Below are positions 11,501-25,600 of a stretch of DNA of 64,000 bases, one piece after another. The notes under the pieces were generated by a model that saw nothing but the letters and a program-made list of their open reading frames with translations, was not told where the DNA came from and did not search any database. The stretch spans positions 62,269,597 through 62,333,596 of the forward strand of contig CM074512.1 of NCBI GenBank assembly GCA_037379345.1, in the 5' to 3' direction. The stretch's first letter is position 1, and each line of letters begins with the position of its first letter. The DNA is from Perna viridis. Taxonomy: Eukaryota. Position numbers and translations under genes: made by a program.

Positions 11501-13835
11501 GAAAGTCTGAAATTTAAAGCACTATTCTATCTGACAAACCTTTCTTTTAGGTAGCCGTCCAATACAACTGACGGAGTGTTTCAAAAATATTTCGGAGCAG
11601 ATTCTGTTTTGACTTTCGCACTAATGTAAATTGTAATTAAAGGATCAGTCATGGAACAGGTTTTTCTTCATGGTTTATTTACTCAATTGTATACAGTATC
11701 ACAAAATTCAAAACCCCTAAAACACTGAGACATCAATCATTGTATTGCATATAGCAGAATTTCTTGGTGCTGGATTTGACTTACTATTTAACTATTTTTG
11801 GCTTCTATTTACTTCATGTATAAAAACGATCTCCTTTTGTGTTTGGTTTTAATGTTGTATCTGCTAATGAACGGTTACTCCTTAATTGAAACATACCAAA
11901 ATTTGCAATATTTATTTATAATTGGTATGTTGGTATCCATACCATTCCAGACAAAACTTTGCCGTCTGAACATGACGTGCACATGTTGATAATTGTGTAT
12001 CAAAACCATAAAACAAAATTTATAATCTGATGTTTTGAAAATGGTGCGGGGGTCTTTGTTGCAATGTAAGGACCCGTTAAATGCTCTCAATGCCTACCGC
12101 CTATCATGAATTGATTATTCAATTAAAAATTGAGGTAAAAAAACATTAGAAAATATAATTTTTGCACCTTTAAATTTTTGTCAACTTCAAAATTTCTTTA
12201 ATAGGTAGTGACATAGTACGATTGAGACTATTAGAAGAATATCATAATTCACTTAACGGAGAAATCTTCGTGTAAATAGCTGTTGCACGCTCCATTATAT
12301 TCACAGAAAATGTCATTTATATCTCCTTTGACGTAAATATAATGTTATACTCTTCATTCATATTCATCTTTTAATAATAAATGTAGGCCAGGCTTTCTCT
12401 TTCATCTGCCAATTTTTCATTTCTTTCACCCCACATTAAAATCATATTAACATAATAATTATGCTGAACCCTGATTTTCAAAGACAACATTTTCCTTGAT
12501 TTAATGAGTGTTTTTAGACTGGTATTTCGTTTACGCAACTTCTCTCGTTTTCAATTTCTGAAGATTGATTCATTTTTCGTTGTTAAGGTTTCATATCAAC
12601 ATCTTGAAATTTCATAGTTTTTCTCAAAGATGAGTTTAATGTCACAGAGGAGACTAGTGGAATGTAAGGGAGACAAGTCTGTTTTCACAGATTCTAATAT
12701 TACAATGATTAAATATTATGCATGCACTCTTCATCAAAATTACTTGAATTTCGGTCAACAGGTCAAGTTTGTGTGAGAGAAAAGATTAAAAAAGAAAAAG
12801 AATAAATTATTATGAAACTAATCAATATTAATCTTTTAGCATGACGCTTTTTTGAAAACCAGAGTGGATTCACCTTTAACCCCTGCAAAAATTTGCTGTT
12901 AATGGATTTTTTGCATCGTCGGTGTCAAGGTTATATTGGGAACTTCAAGTACCCATGCGCAATACGTTTTGCGTACGTTTAAAAATCCATATAGTGAGAA
13001 AGTTTATTGTATGACGGTCTGAACTAGGGGACTGACAAAAGAAACGGCCTATAAGTGTTCGTCGATGAATTTGTACATGTATTAAATTTTAAGAGAATGA
13101 CCTAATGAACATACAGTTGATTTTGCGTCCTATATATAGGTGTCATACCTCTTTTTCTGGTCTCCATTACTTTCTATGTTAAATTCAGCTATTTGAAAGG
13201 CTCAAATTTGTTTTCATCATAATAGATGGTGCTGGAGGGGTTTCATTATAGTGGTCACTCCTTACCTTAACTCTCATAAAAATACCAATTTATCAGTGAA
13301 AGTAGACAGGTGCAGAAATCACTACTTTTGTTTTGAAATTTAGCCATATCAAGGGGAGTAGAGTCTTTGTTCAGAATTTTATACCCTACACTGAATAAAG
13401 AAAATGAAGTTTATAGATTACTGCTGATTCGATCAGCTTTCACATAACACCAGTTTGTATACCTCTACTAAGCTAGGAGAACGATAGGGTGCAATAATGG
13501 GACTACTTCATGTCATAACGATCTACTTTCTTGTGTGTGCAGGTGACTGGTTCCCGAAATAGTGGTTAATTGATTGTACACCAGACTATCCCCAACCAGT
13601 AACGCTAATTGTGGCTGTATGGCGATCATTCTCTTGGCACTATAATATACACTTCTCGTACATTAAAACACAGTTTGTCCAAGTATCTTATACGTATGTC
13701 AGTAGAATATTGTAACTACTGATTCAATTAAACTATTTCCCTACCATCGTATTGGAGTCTTATTTCCGTATAGCATATAGCGAGGTTTACCTTTAGGTCG
13801 ACTACCCAGGCACAAAATTACATCGCTCCCTTCCC

Positions 13836-14460
13836 ATAACATACTCACCAGCAGAGTAAATGCAGTCTTTACAACATATTCTTCGATTGAATACCTTGTA
13901 CATGCAGTATTTAAAACATACTCACCGGTAGAATAGGGTATGTAAGTCTCGTTCTAGTTTCATTTTCTTTACCGGAATTTACGACGTAGAACGTATTGAA
14001 CACCGAGGACCGATCTGCATTTTATTGTTTACTTCCGGGTACTCGAAACGCCGTATAACAATGCAAAATCTTCTATTTTATGTTTTTGCTTAATACCTTT
14101 ATCGTGTAGAAATAGATAATTGTTATTTTTTATCGGTATTAAAAAGATGTTTTGCCCTCAACACTCTCTAAATGACAAGTCTCGATGCTTTTGAATGGTG
14201 GACTAGGACCCAATCTTGTGAAATCACGGGGTCACATGACGAGACTTACATACCCTATACATGCAGTATTGACAACATGCTCACCGACAGAGTACATGTA
14301 ATATTTACAACATACTCACCGGTAGAGTATATGTAGTACATGTCTTTAAAATATACATGTACTCAGCGACAGAGTACATGTAGTTTTTACAACATACTCG
14401 CCGGCAGAGTGCATGCAGTTTTACAACAAACTCACCGACTGAGTAGATGCATTATTTACT
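13836..14460. repeat. 35-bp degenerate minisatellite interrupted by a MITE
   Basis: Unit ACAACATACTCACCGGTAGAGTACATGCAGTATTT (e.g. starts at 14272 and 14307), with copies on both sides of the insertion. Confidence 0.85.
13935..14256. mobile_element. 322-bp non-autonomous DNA transposon (MITE) with 18-bp perfect TIRs and AT target-site duplication (ISL2EU/Harbinger-group-like)
   Basis: AGGGTATGTAAGTCTCGT at 13935-13952 and ACGAGACTTACATACCCT at 14239-14256, with AT on both sides. Removing the element plus one AT restores an exact 35-bp host monomer. Confidence 0.88.
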
Positions 14461-14870
14461 CCTAAGCAAATATGCATGCATATTCTGTATTAAGGGGTCT
14501 GTGTTTACATTCATATTCTATGTTATACATGTATTCGACCACTATATATTACATGATTGCTTACCTCGCCACAACAAAACTTTAATTTAGTTTGTGGAAT
14601 TAAGTTTGATAAAATCAATTCAGTTTTCAAGGATGTGATTACAACTTTATTGTTCGTTTTATGACTCTGCCATTTCGAGGTAGATTTGTTCAGCGATATA
14701 TAAGAATTCTTATTATTAATTTCTATATTTTGTCCGGAATGTTTAATATCATATAAAATTACAACCTATGTATAAATGAGACATCTTTAAATTTCAGATC
14801 TACTAAGATTTGAAATTGACTGAAATTTACGTTGTTTGGGGACAAATGAAAAAGTGAGTAATTAAGAGGA

Positions 14871-15156
14871 CTATTGGAAACTTGACATAATATCCTTGTC
14901 TCGGGCGAGATCTCGCGATAGCAGATGAGCTTTGGGAACCTTTGATTGCATTCTTTTGTCCGAAAGTAAATTTAAATCTTCTACATTTCATTTTGGCCTT
15001 GGCAGCTTTTTTTCATTAAAATTTTATTCGTATGACTGATTGCAATTTTTGCGCTCGAAATATATATCCAAATACAATATTTATATATTTTACCGAGAAA
15101 CCAATTGATTTCTAGTCAAATCTCGCGTTATCTCGCATGAGTGAGATTTCCAATAG
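14871..15156. mobile_element. Possible degenerate MITE
   Basis: 10-bp inverted ends CTATTGGAAA / TTTCCAATAG, with subterminal GCGAGAT / ATCTCGC motifs near both ends. Confidence 0.4.
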
Positions 15157-15369
15157 AATTAACTGTCTTCTATTTGGTTGCTGAGGGATTTGTATTGTTC
15201 TCTGTTATTGCATTGCCAGATATCTATTCACAATTTTACTCTCTGAACTGCTCTACACAATAGAAAACAGAATTACTCTGCTGGGATGGTTCTAGCTCTA
15301 ATAACTATAAAAAATAGTATGTTTGTTCCGAATTACATTACAACGAGGCTCCAAACCTGAATGAAAAGG

Positions 15370-15517
15370 GAGTATTATGATGAGTCACCCACATCCTTTG
15401 AATGCATCCTCTTATATGCTTTAAAGTTAGTCTTTCCATAGTCGAGTTGCAACAGCTTATGTTTGGCTGAGCTATTTACAAAAAAGGATGCGCTGACTTG
15501 CCAGGATGCCCCACTCC
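15370..15517. mobile_element. Possible old inverted-repeat element
   Basis: GAGTCACCCACATCCTTT (~15382-15399) is imperfectly complementary to AAAGGATGCGCTGACTT (~15483-15499). Confidence 0.3.
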
Positions 15518-16618
15518 AGTGATATTCAAATTTTAACAATATAATATACCAAACTTTTGAGTATAAGATGCGGCCTAACCGCTCCCACCCCCCCTTTGGA
15601 TCTGCCTATACTCTTTCCTTTGAACTTTCGATAACTCTTTTTTGTTATACACCTTCTGGTATTTCCCCCGTTGACACAAATCAATTTAATACTTGTACCA
15701 GTGTTACGGGCAAGGAATATGTTAGTTTGCACGGCAATTCTCTTTTAAGTATAAAATGAATGATTTCTATGGAATTTGGAAGTTACAATTGAAATGTAAA
15801 GTGTAGCTGCATGTCAAAGTAATATAGCGACGAAATTTGAAACATTATACAAAGTACCTTTTGCAAGAGTAGAACGAGCTGATGCTAATAAAATTGAAAG
15901 GAGTTGTTTATCTTCTAAAGAAATTCAGACCAGCTAGTTACTTAAAATGAACCAGATTTAACTTTTAAAGAAACAAAAATCCAAAAATGTTATATACAAA
16001 TCTATTTCATTCAAATATCACAGGATATGAACGATCCGTATTTGCAGTTGCTAAGCTTAACAAGGACTGGAGATTAAATCCAGTTCGAAGCTCGATAAGC
16101 CCATTTTATTAATGTCTTTTATCATTCTTTGGCAGATCATTAAGACGACGGACTAAAACAATGTCACTTTTTTCACTTTCTAAAGGTGTGCCTGCTTGTT
16201 TATCTACCTTTAAGTTTACATCGATATGTAACTGGAATGTGCTTTTATTTATCTTTGGTGACGTTCGGATAGTTTGTTTTTGAATCACTGTCTTTCTATA
16301 ATTCACTATATACAATGCGCTAGTCGGTCGACATCTTATTAAGTCTTGGCAGGAATTTGCATAGTAAGGTGCAGGAATTAAATTTTTCCCTTTGAAAGAA
16401 TACCAACTCTCCTAACTTGGTGTTTAAGTCCTTTCTTCAAGACATTTTCTATATTACAGCAAAGCTGCCTTTGAGACTCCCGTATAATGGTAACTTATTT
16501 TTAGTGTATTCTTTTTATTTTGTTTTTATGTTTCTTTGATTGATAATTTAAAGTTTTTGCCAATAATTATCTCGTCCAGAACCATTTTATACACGTCTCG
16601 CATGCCACCATCTTTACT

Positions 16619-16699
16619 CTGTGGAACACCGGAAGTAGTTATCACCATTCTATCAGACAGAAATCGGTGAACTTTATCAAATGTTGAAATCAGATCATA
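16619..16699 (-). pseudogene. Non-LTR retrotransposon (CR1/L2-like) reverse-transcriptase remnant with internal deletions
   Basis: The minus-strand frame reads YDLISTFDKVHRFLSDRMVITTSGVPQ. This places the LINE RT motifs DxxxAFDxV, FLSDR and SGVPQG in the correct order but collapsed together. Confidence 0.5.
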
Positions 16700-19600
16700 G
16701 GGGGTTACCCAAAAATTATATAGTAAAAGTTGCGGATAGGTATCAATTTAGTTTGCTTGTTTTATTCTTTGTACTTAAATAACTGTTATTATCCGCAATT
16801 TGTCCTATAAAATAATGGCTATTTTCGTCCATGGTGACCTAAACACTGTTTATCGCCAGCTATTTAATACTGGCCTGGTGCTGAGTGGATTTTCCAATGA
16901 AAGCTTCGTACCTCATAATGAATAACATTGGAACCCTACTTATAGTTTAAAAAGAGTAGTTCTCGAATACTTGTTTTTAAAATTGGCAAAATTAATCATC
17001 TGGTCAAGAGGAAATAATATGTTGGTATGATGAACGATCGGCGGTCTCACCAGCACGCGCTCCGGAAGTCAATCTTTAACAACAGAGTGCGCTTCTTGTC
17101 AGGTACTTGTCAAAATAGTTCCTTGATTCAAGGATTCTAAAATGTAAATTTATCATTGTCAGTGTTAGAACGTGCAGAAATCTCTTAAATGGTAGCATTA
17201 TTCAGAAAGACAACACACTAATAAAAAGCGAATTAAATTTCTGTGATCTTCGATACACAGGCAAATTACTTGCTTCAATGAATGATAATTCCCAAAGTTC
17301 AGATTGTCTGTTTTCAATGATAGACCGTCTTCAGATATGAAAATTTAAGGATGTGTTCAAAACAATGTAGACGTCAGTTAACGGTAAAATATCTTGTCAA
17401 ATTTGACAAGTCGTAGACGTTCCGAAGGCTGAAACTGTCAAAAACCGTATAATTGCATGTAATTGAGTGATGGAGACCGAAATTCCCCGATGGGTTATGG
17501 CGATAATTTTATTAATCAAGATACAACTTCATGAACATTTATACATCAAGATTTGCTGTTTAACTGAAGTGTTACTGTTTCTTCAGGTAAATATCAGATC
17601 CAATCTTGAAATCTTGCTGGTCCGATTTGTTTTAGACTTGGGCTATTCAATTACATGACATCTAAATTGATTTTAAAAGTTTTGTAAAACTCAGTTGTCT
17701 GTAAAAGTTTCTTACATAGCTTACTAGCTAGGACCGGGATTTTAAGTGCACGGTTTTAGATACAGTCGGGACAAAAACCCATATAATCATTTCTTCTTCT
17801 GATTCGAGAGTTCATAAATGTACTGAGGAGCGTTTGCACTAACAGGGGAAAGCAAAAGTGTCGCATTGAACCTCACCTTTTTCTAGAACCCAGCTGCCCC
17901 TTCTAAATCTCAAGATTTGCAACTGCATGCATGTACACTCTATCAAATTTTTGTAGAAAGCCTTTTTCCTTAGTCATAGGATTTTTTAATGATTGTAAAA
18001 TGTACCAAGCTCATTGATAGATTGACTGCAAACATTTATGAACAGTGTTTCTAGCAAGGGGAACAGTAGAATGATTAAAATAGTAACAAATTTGACAAAC
18101 GTTGATAAATGTTGCGGGTATAGACCGGTCGTTATGATTGAAAAATACTTAATCTTCCGAATGGTCTCATTTCTGTCGTGGAGGCAAACACGTGGTTTCG
18201 TAACCCCGCTAAAACTATTCACAAATTCCTGAGTGCAGTTCCGATCGTGGCGGTCAAAATAAGTAAAAACCGGTATAAGAAGCTATCTGTTTCATTAAAG
18301 ATAAAGGATTTCCCCTGATCAAAGAAAAATATGATCCCTACAATTATAACATATTCACAGAAATCGCGTTAATATATAATAAGGCAAGCCTTTGTTTTGG
18401 TGAACTTAACAGTATTAGGCGATAAAAGTTCGAAACAAGAGATAAAGTGTGGATAGATTTGATTGAAGATGACCATTAGAAGTGTGCCGAAGAGTTCGTC
18501 TCTTACCGACTGGGGTATGTCTCACTCATACGGGGAATTACAGGGGATTTGTAACGGGATAAGGGTTAAGCCCATATCAATGGACTTTCCATTTCCAGAT
18601 AGTATTTGAATCCATTTTGACTTTCGCGCCAAGTTTTAGTAATAGGTTATTATTGATATTTTAATATTTTAAAAGCATTTGTTTGTGTAAATACTCATTT
18701 CCTGATGAACAATAACTTCAAAGAAAATTTTGCTGCCAATGTTTAATCAGGATTGTTTCTTTGTGCCTTTAGACATTGTTTATAAAAATAAAGTTTTGCT
18801 ATAATATTCAGTTATACTTTGTCTTGCTGTATTCTAGGATACGCAATACATATCTCTTAGGTTTAGTATATATGCTTTTTGCAGCAATTTGTTACATTTA
18901 AAATGAACTGAAAGTTGAGAATAACTACAATTGAAACAACTGTCCATATTTGGAGTTTCTTACTTTCTTGTCATTGAGAAGAAACTTAAGCGGATATATT
19001 TGGGAAATTATATCCAAATACAGTTCCATCCTAGACCAGACCCCGACCTTGACGATTTGTTTATCATAAAAATCATTATCCAGTTATACATTTCAACCAA
19101 ACAACGATCAAAAACTAAAAATGATTGTATTTTTAATTGAACTAGACGGTCGTGTGAATACATCCAGATTTCTTTTTTCTTTTAAAACACACTTTCCATT
19201 TTTTGCCAGAGAGTTTGATGTTTATGCTAAGTCATTATCACGTAACCTGTTTCCCACATTATCCCATTTTTACAAGAGCTGAAACTTGAAGGATAAGTAT
19301 TCCTGTTTCGATCAAAAATTACTCACTTCAAACCTTAAGCTGGTACTTTATATCGTTTGTTTTACCATTAGACCCTATTAGCTAAATTTGATTAAAACAA
19401 AATAATACTTTGAGACGTTTGGAAAATATTTAGACAGTGGTCATTTCTGAATATTTTCTGAACATGGGCTATGTCAACAAATTATATCCAAGCATATGGC
19501 TAAAATAATAAACCCGAGTGCAAAGATTTTAATCAACAAATTAAAATCGATAATTAAATTCGTTAATTAGTCCAGGTAAGGTTGATCAAAGGCGGAACAT

Positions 19601-22600
19601 TAGTAGTTGGGTGTCACAGGTGTCAACCCCTTCAGAAGTGACAGTGGCGTTTTCACACCTGAACCCGCATTTTTAGAGACACAACAACTTAAGGTCAAAG
19701 GGAATTTGACCATAGTGTGACGAATACCTGGGGCCACTAATGAGGGGATTATAGAACAAACGCTTGGGCTGCTAATAGCTTAAAACAATTTACTTAATCT
19801 TCTAAGTACACACCAGGTATACTGAACTAATTTCTTACTTGTAAACACAAAGTTTATAATCAGGGATTAGATTTTAGCAGGACGGTTTTACAGTCTGAAA
19901 ACAATGTGAATTACAAAGTTTAAACATAACTTGAAATAAAATAGAAATATAAGTTATTAATAAAATTTGTGGAATATATATACATGTATACAATATTTAT
20001 TACCATAGCTGCAGGCATTATAGACTCCTTCACCTCAAAAAGAATTTTCTGGACTCTTGGGCGTAAATAGAAAATTAGAGTGTAAAGAAACGTTGATCTT
20101 CTAACAAAGTACGCCTTTGCATACATGTACTTGGCTACGTCTGTCCTTAAAATTCACGTTGTGAATAGAAATATTTTTATGATTTCGAATATTACATAAT
20201 AATCTATATCATAAGGTTATGCAATGCATCCTTCACCCCATAATCCCCATAAAATATATAACAAAAATCTGGCCTTTATTTTAAATGCTTAGCCTAGTCT
20301 AATAAGGGGTAATTATAATCAAATTAAAAGCAGAAAATATTGCGAAACGAAATCCGAAAGGTAATAAATAAAGCAATGTCTTCCGTCAAACTATGTAAAA
20401 TCATGGCATATAATACTAGTTATAGATAACCATGATAACTCAGGACCAACTGTAATTATTTCAAATAAAAATATTTTGAAGGGTAGAAATTATTCCAACC
20501 AGTCTTATATGAATGTTGGGGTCGTTTACATTTCTCTGATCGAAGTGATAATACGAATTTAAAAGGTAATTTAAAATAAATTACATCTGATCCTTTATTC
20601 CGATAAACATCACCACAACATTTTTACCAAAGTCCATATTTTATGTCAATATTGCTAATAGCGAATAAACAGCCTCCCTAGTTTAGCTAAAGAATCATCG
20701 ATCCACTGCTATTGGGTTTAATTTGTTCTCGTTTGCTTGCGCACAAATGGACGCAAATTGCGACAAATTAAATAGTTTCATAACTTAATACGCTTTTTGT
20801 TATATAGTCATTAAATATCATATTCATGGGAACTCATATAGGCCAAATTAACGGCTAGATTGCGTAGACCCAATTGTTCCCCGGTATAGCCTATTCATAT
20901 GAGCTCTACACTTATATTGTTCCGACCGTGAAAAATCTATAGTAGTTGCTATACACAGTATAATGGTACATTGAAAAGAATTTGTTACTATTATCTATGA
21001 ATACAAAATATATTGTTAGAATTTTGAAAGAGACTTTTCTTATCCTGTTACATATTATATTGCCTAAGAGAACAGGGCTTTATTTAAAATAAAGTATATT
21101 GATACTGCCACTAGAGTTTATATTGAGTTTTATTTCAGAAGTAGTTAGAAGTTTGTTTTGAGGGATGTTACTACAAAAATCTTTCTAATTGTAGGGTGGC
21201 GAAATTTGTTTGATTAAGGAATTTTAAGGATGAAAAAGTGAAATGCATCTCCGTTTTGTTTCCAAGATTAACATTTTTTGGAGAGTCAGGAAAATTAAAT
21301 GAGCCTAATAATGGGTAAGTTTTATTTTAGATTATTTAGCTGATGATTGAAATCGATATCAGTTTAATCAGTAACTGACATTGAGGGTTATGAGTTTGCT
21401 TTTTTTCTCAGGCTGGCACCAGGTGTGAAATCTGACAAGAGAGTATATTTCATGATATAAATCTTCATGCTGCAAGCTAAACTGTCACCGTGTGCATGTA
21501 ATCTAATACTGTAAATTTTATAACATGCATTCGATTTTCTGTAACCGCTGATTTTTATGCCTCAGGAAGTTGAAGTGCGGACTAGCCACCTACATGTAGT
21601 TTCTCAAACGACGGTTCGAGGTTCAGAAACAAGAATTTTCTAATCATCTTAATGCGACCACCATCCATCAAATGTGTCAAAAATAGACTCTTTTATGTGC
21701 AATCTTGTTGTAACCACTGAGATGAAAAAGACTAATTTTGAAATTAACCCCCCAAATGTTTAAAATTTGCTTTGTTGATCCAAGATGGCGGCGATAAAAA
21801 TTTGGGTTAAACCTAATACCGAGTGTTTTACGCACCACCGATCACCCCTGTATCTATTTGGAGAAATACTTAACTATGTTTATACATGATATTACAGAAG
21901 CGTTTAAATTTCTCATTCCCGTCTCTGGCAATTGTAAAATATTAGATATTTATACAACAGGCTTATGTTGCAAAAGAACTCTACTTCAGAAATAGAAAGA
22001 AACTTGCAAATATGGAGAACTTTTTATAATTCAAGAAGCGGCATTTTGGATTTTGTTTGGTAGAATAGCAGCTTAAACGTGCTTCTGGTAGAGATCGGGC
22101 GGCTTATTATTTAATAAAATTATATTGATGAAAAAAATTGTCATACAAATTAGCAATCCTTTTGGAGTTAGAATATCGGGCAATGTGTGATTTGGCCACC
22201 AACTCAAATTTCTTTTTATACTTTTCATTTTCAAATGTAAATATTAAATCAGAATTATATTGTTTTTCTTAAATTTAAAATTAGGAGAGGAAAATGCATT
22301 AAAAACTACAGCTGAGTTTATGAGACCCTTAAAATATAAATAACCCAGTACTTCTTTGTGGGAGATTTACATAATACTTTGGAAACACGCACACATAATT
22401 GGTAATTACTCAAAATATGGGGATTATCTTTACTTAAAATTCTGTCAAAACTTGACATTAATGAAATACATTTTAAATGAGATTATGTGTCAGAAAACAA
22501 TTAATTGCATTAAGTGGGCCATTCCAAGGGATCAGTATTTCTGCATTTGAGTATTTTTTCGGTTAGACATATTTTTTCCATTCCCGCGGAAAACTGTCGG

Positions 22601-25600
22601 CGGTCTCGGTAATACAGACGACTCGAACTGGTGTCAATTTTGTCCGAGGTGTATGTTACAATTATCAGAACAATCAAACATTTGTAACTTCTGATTAATC
22701 TAGAGAATTTTGATCTCAAATTTGTCACCTTTTCGAAACTTGACAAGAGCTTGAAGGAAGAAAAAAAACATGTTAAAATGGGGAAAATGCCCCGCAGACA
22801 TTTGAGATAATTTAATTATTTCCTCGTACCAATTAGAATAAACTTCACACCATGGTAAAAATTATATAGATATACTCAACAACCTGAAATTCAATTAATT
22901 TTCAACCTATTCGTTTCCTGTCTTTCTATAATTTGATAATTGAAGGAACTTTTACCTTAATTTTCCGGGGTTTTCCTGTCGAGATGTACCCGTTAATAAG
23001 ATGGGATCAATTAATCGTATCCGCCTTTTATTATTGTTAGAAAATATCCCATCTTCACTTTCCGTCGCTTCTACAAAATGATGATATTAAAAGATTTTTA
23101 TAGAATTATTGAAATTATTCCGTCTTGGCGGAAAATATATGCAGATTAAAACCGACATGGATCAGGAAAGAATCGGATTTCTTTCGTGTTAGCGTGAATT
23201 AAGAAAAAGTTTAAATTATTTTTTTTTATTATATCATCGAACGGCTCAAATCCATAAATTCATATTTAACTACACTTAAAATAGATGAAATAAACATAAA
23301 TATAAATTTGTAATTTTACATTTTGAGTTTATAAATTAAAATGTGAACCAAAAATATGTATATTTTCTTTATTTGTGGATAACTTTTAAAGAATTCTCCT
23401 TATGTAAGTAACAGGCAAAAGTCTAAAGCATTGTGTAATTATTTTTACGGAGAAAATTAAGACATTTAGAATATTATGCAGACATATTTACATGCAATAT
23501 ACATCTTTGATATGCAATCGTATAAAATTTTATGTAATAGGCTATAACTGATGCAATACACATGACAAAAAGGGAGGTACTCTTTTAATCTAAATAATAC
23601 CAAATTGTACAATTACTTGACTTTAAATTCGAAATATAGAATTGACATTTATTAACCGTTAACAAAATTTCCAACACATTTCAGATTTTATCGTATTAGA
23701 ACAATACCCATGGGGATAAATTCTATTTCTATTTGTTTCAATATTCGTATTTGTTTAAAGAATTTAAACTTTAACTATTGGTAAAACCTTTCTTTTCTTG
23801 TGGTGATATAGAGTTGTAACAATTTTAATGAAAATACCAAAAATACCAAGAAAAACAATAAAAACCTGTATTTGACACTAACTCTAATACTAAATTAAGG
23901 TTCCATTCATCAAGTGAGGAATGCATAACACAGTTTTTACCTATAGGGTTCCTTTGATCTTAATTTTCACATATGAAATAGAAAATTTTCATAGCTGACT
24001 CATTTCTCAGTTGACCAACGTAATTAGCTGTTATTGTATGTAAATCCACAATTTCTTAAGATTTCGTTGACAACGCACGATGTCTAGGATTAGGGCACAA
24101 TGCGGAGGATAACGGACCTAATCCTTTGCTTTCCCAAGTCAAAGATGGGGGTAGATTTGATAAACTTTAGATCGAAGTGGTCCCCAAAACACGTGCATAT
24201 GTTTATATTTCGATATGTTTGTTTTTTTTTGTTTTAGTAAGATTTGACCTGTTTTTAAAGATCCGATAACTCGATCTAACTTTGTTTATTTTCTACGTTC
24301 TTCTTAAGAATATTGTACAGAATAAATAAAAAAATTAGGTACCTTTTTGAAGTAATGGCAAAGTTATTCAAATAATTATTTGAGTGTATGAAAATGACCT
24401 TTTTTTACTACAGTTGTCTAAAACATTATGTTGTCAACACATACATGTTGAAATTGCACTTGAAACATGCGTTTGCCGTGGCTATTTTCTTTCGACTTTT
24501 TTTTTGAAACATGAGAACAGTTCTTTTTTTTGTGCATCATATTCATTCGTGTAGGAATTCTTATTCTGAAAACTAATTTTCTCTTTATAAAAAGGACTTA
24601 TACTGCAGATGTATTTGGTTGAAAGTTAGTCAGATTTCGTTTCATAACCATTAACAACACGAATTGAAATTGTATTCGAAAGGAACTCTAAAATATCAAA
24701 TAGTTACGCAACATTGTGCAGATCATCACAAGTGAATTTATTTTGACTCTTGTGTATTGCAATCTATCTATAAAAACACGTGGTATTATTTACATTTTGA
24801 AACGTGGGTCAGTTTAGTTAATTTTTAATTGTATTTATGTCCTCACGGTAAAGGTCAGAGTCGTTCTAGACTTATTTGGATTCGTCTTTTGACCAGCACA
24901 CAATGGCTATTCATTGCCTTTTCAATTCAGACCATTGTTTGCCCGTTTCAATACCGGTAGATATAAAATACAATACAAAAATGGTAATTGAAACCTTTTA
25001 TACAGTGTTATACAAATGTATATCAAAGAAATAAATACATTATCCCTTTTACTCTCTTATATAAAGAGTAACTTTTGTATATTGAAAGATATTTATATTT
25101 GCGGACAATTAAACACGGGAGTTTCTTAGAGGTGTTTATAAAATTAACGGTTAACACATTTAAATGTAAAAAGGGATACGAAGAAATCTGTAACAAAGGA
25201 GTCAGGTAGGATTGCTTTCTTGAATTGGAGAAGATAAAATGGTATCTAATGATAATTATCTAACACATTGAACTTATGAAAATTGCAACGGTGTGCAAAT
25301 TCTGCAGGCTGCCAACTTTGCACAACTTGCGTTTAAAAACTTGATAAATGAACACAGATGCCGGTTTTATGCAAGTTTGAATGAAAATGTTGATGCTTTG
25401 AAATGTATCATCGACTTGGGTCTCCCTTCCTGATTCTGTTCTTGTGTCTATCATGGACGCTCGCTTAAATTTCTGAGTCAGTGTAGGTGATTTTTTAAAG
25501 CTAATTTGATTAGCATGTTTCTAAAAGTTGCATTTATAATACCAATAAAATCTCTATAACCAACATTCTAAATTTTAAAATTAACAAAATGTGGTTTGTA

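Noticed and set aside
21590-22331. Possible Kolobok-like element (CAAGATGGCGG, inverted CATTTTGGAT, CCCTTAA end) or YY1 promoter site
   Set aside because: No matching second terminus was found, so a TE remnant cannot be distinguished from a regulatory site.
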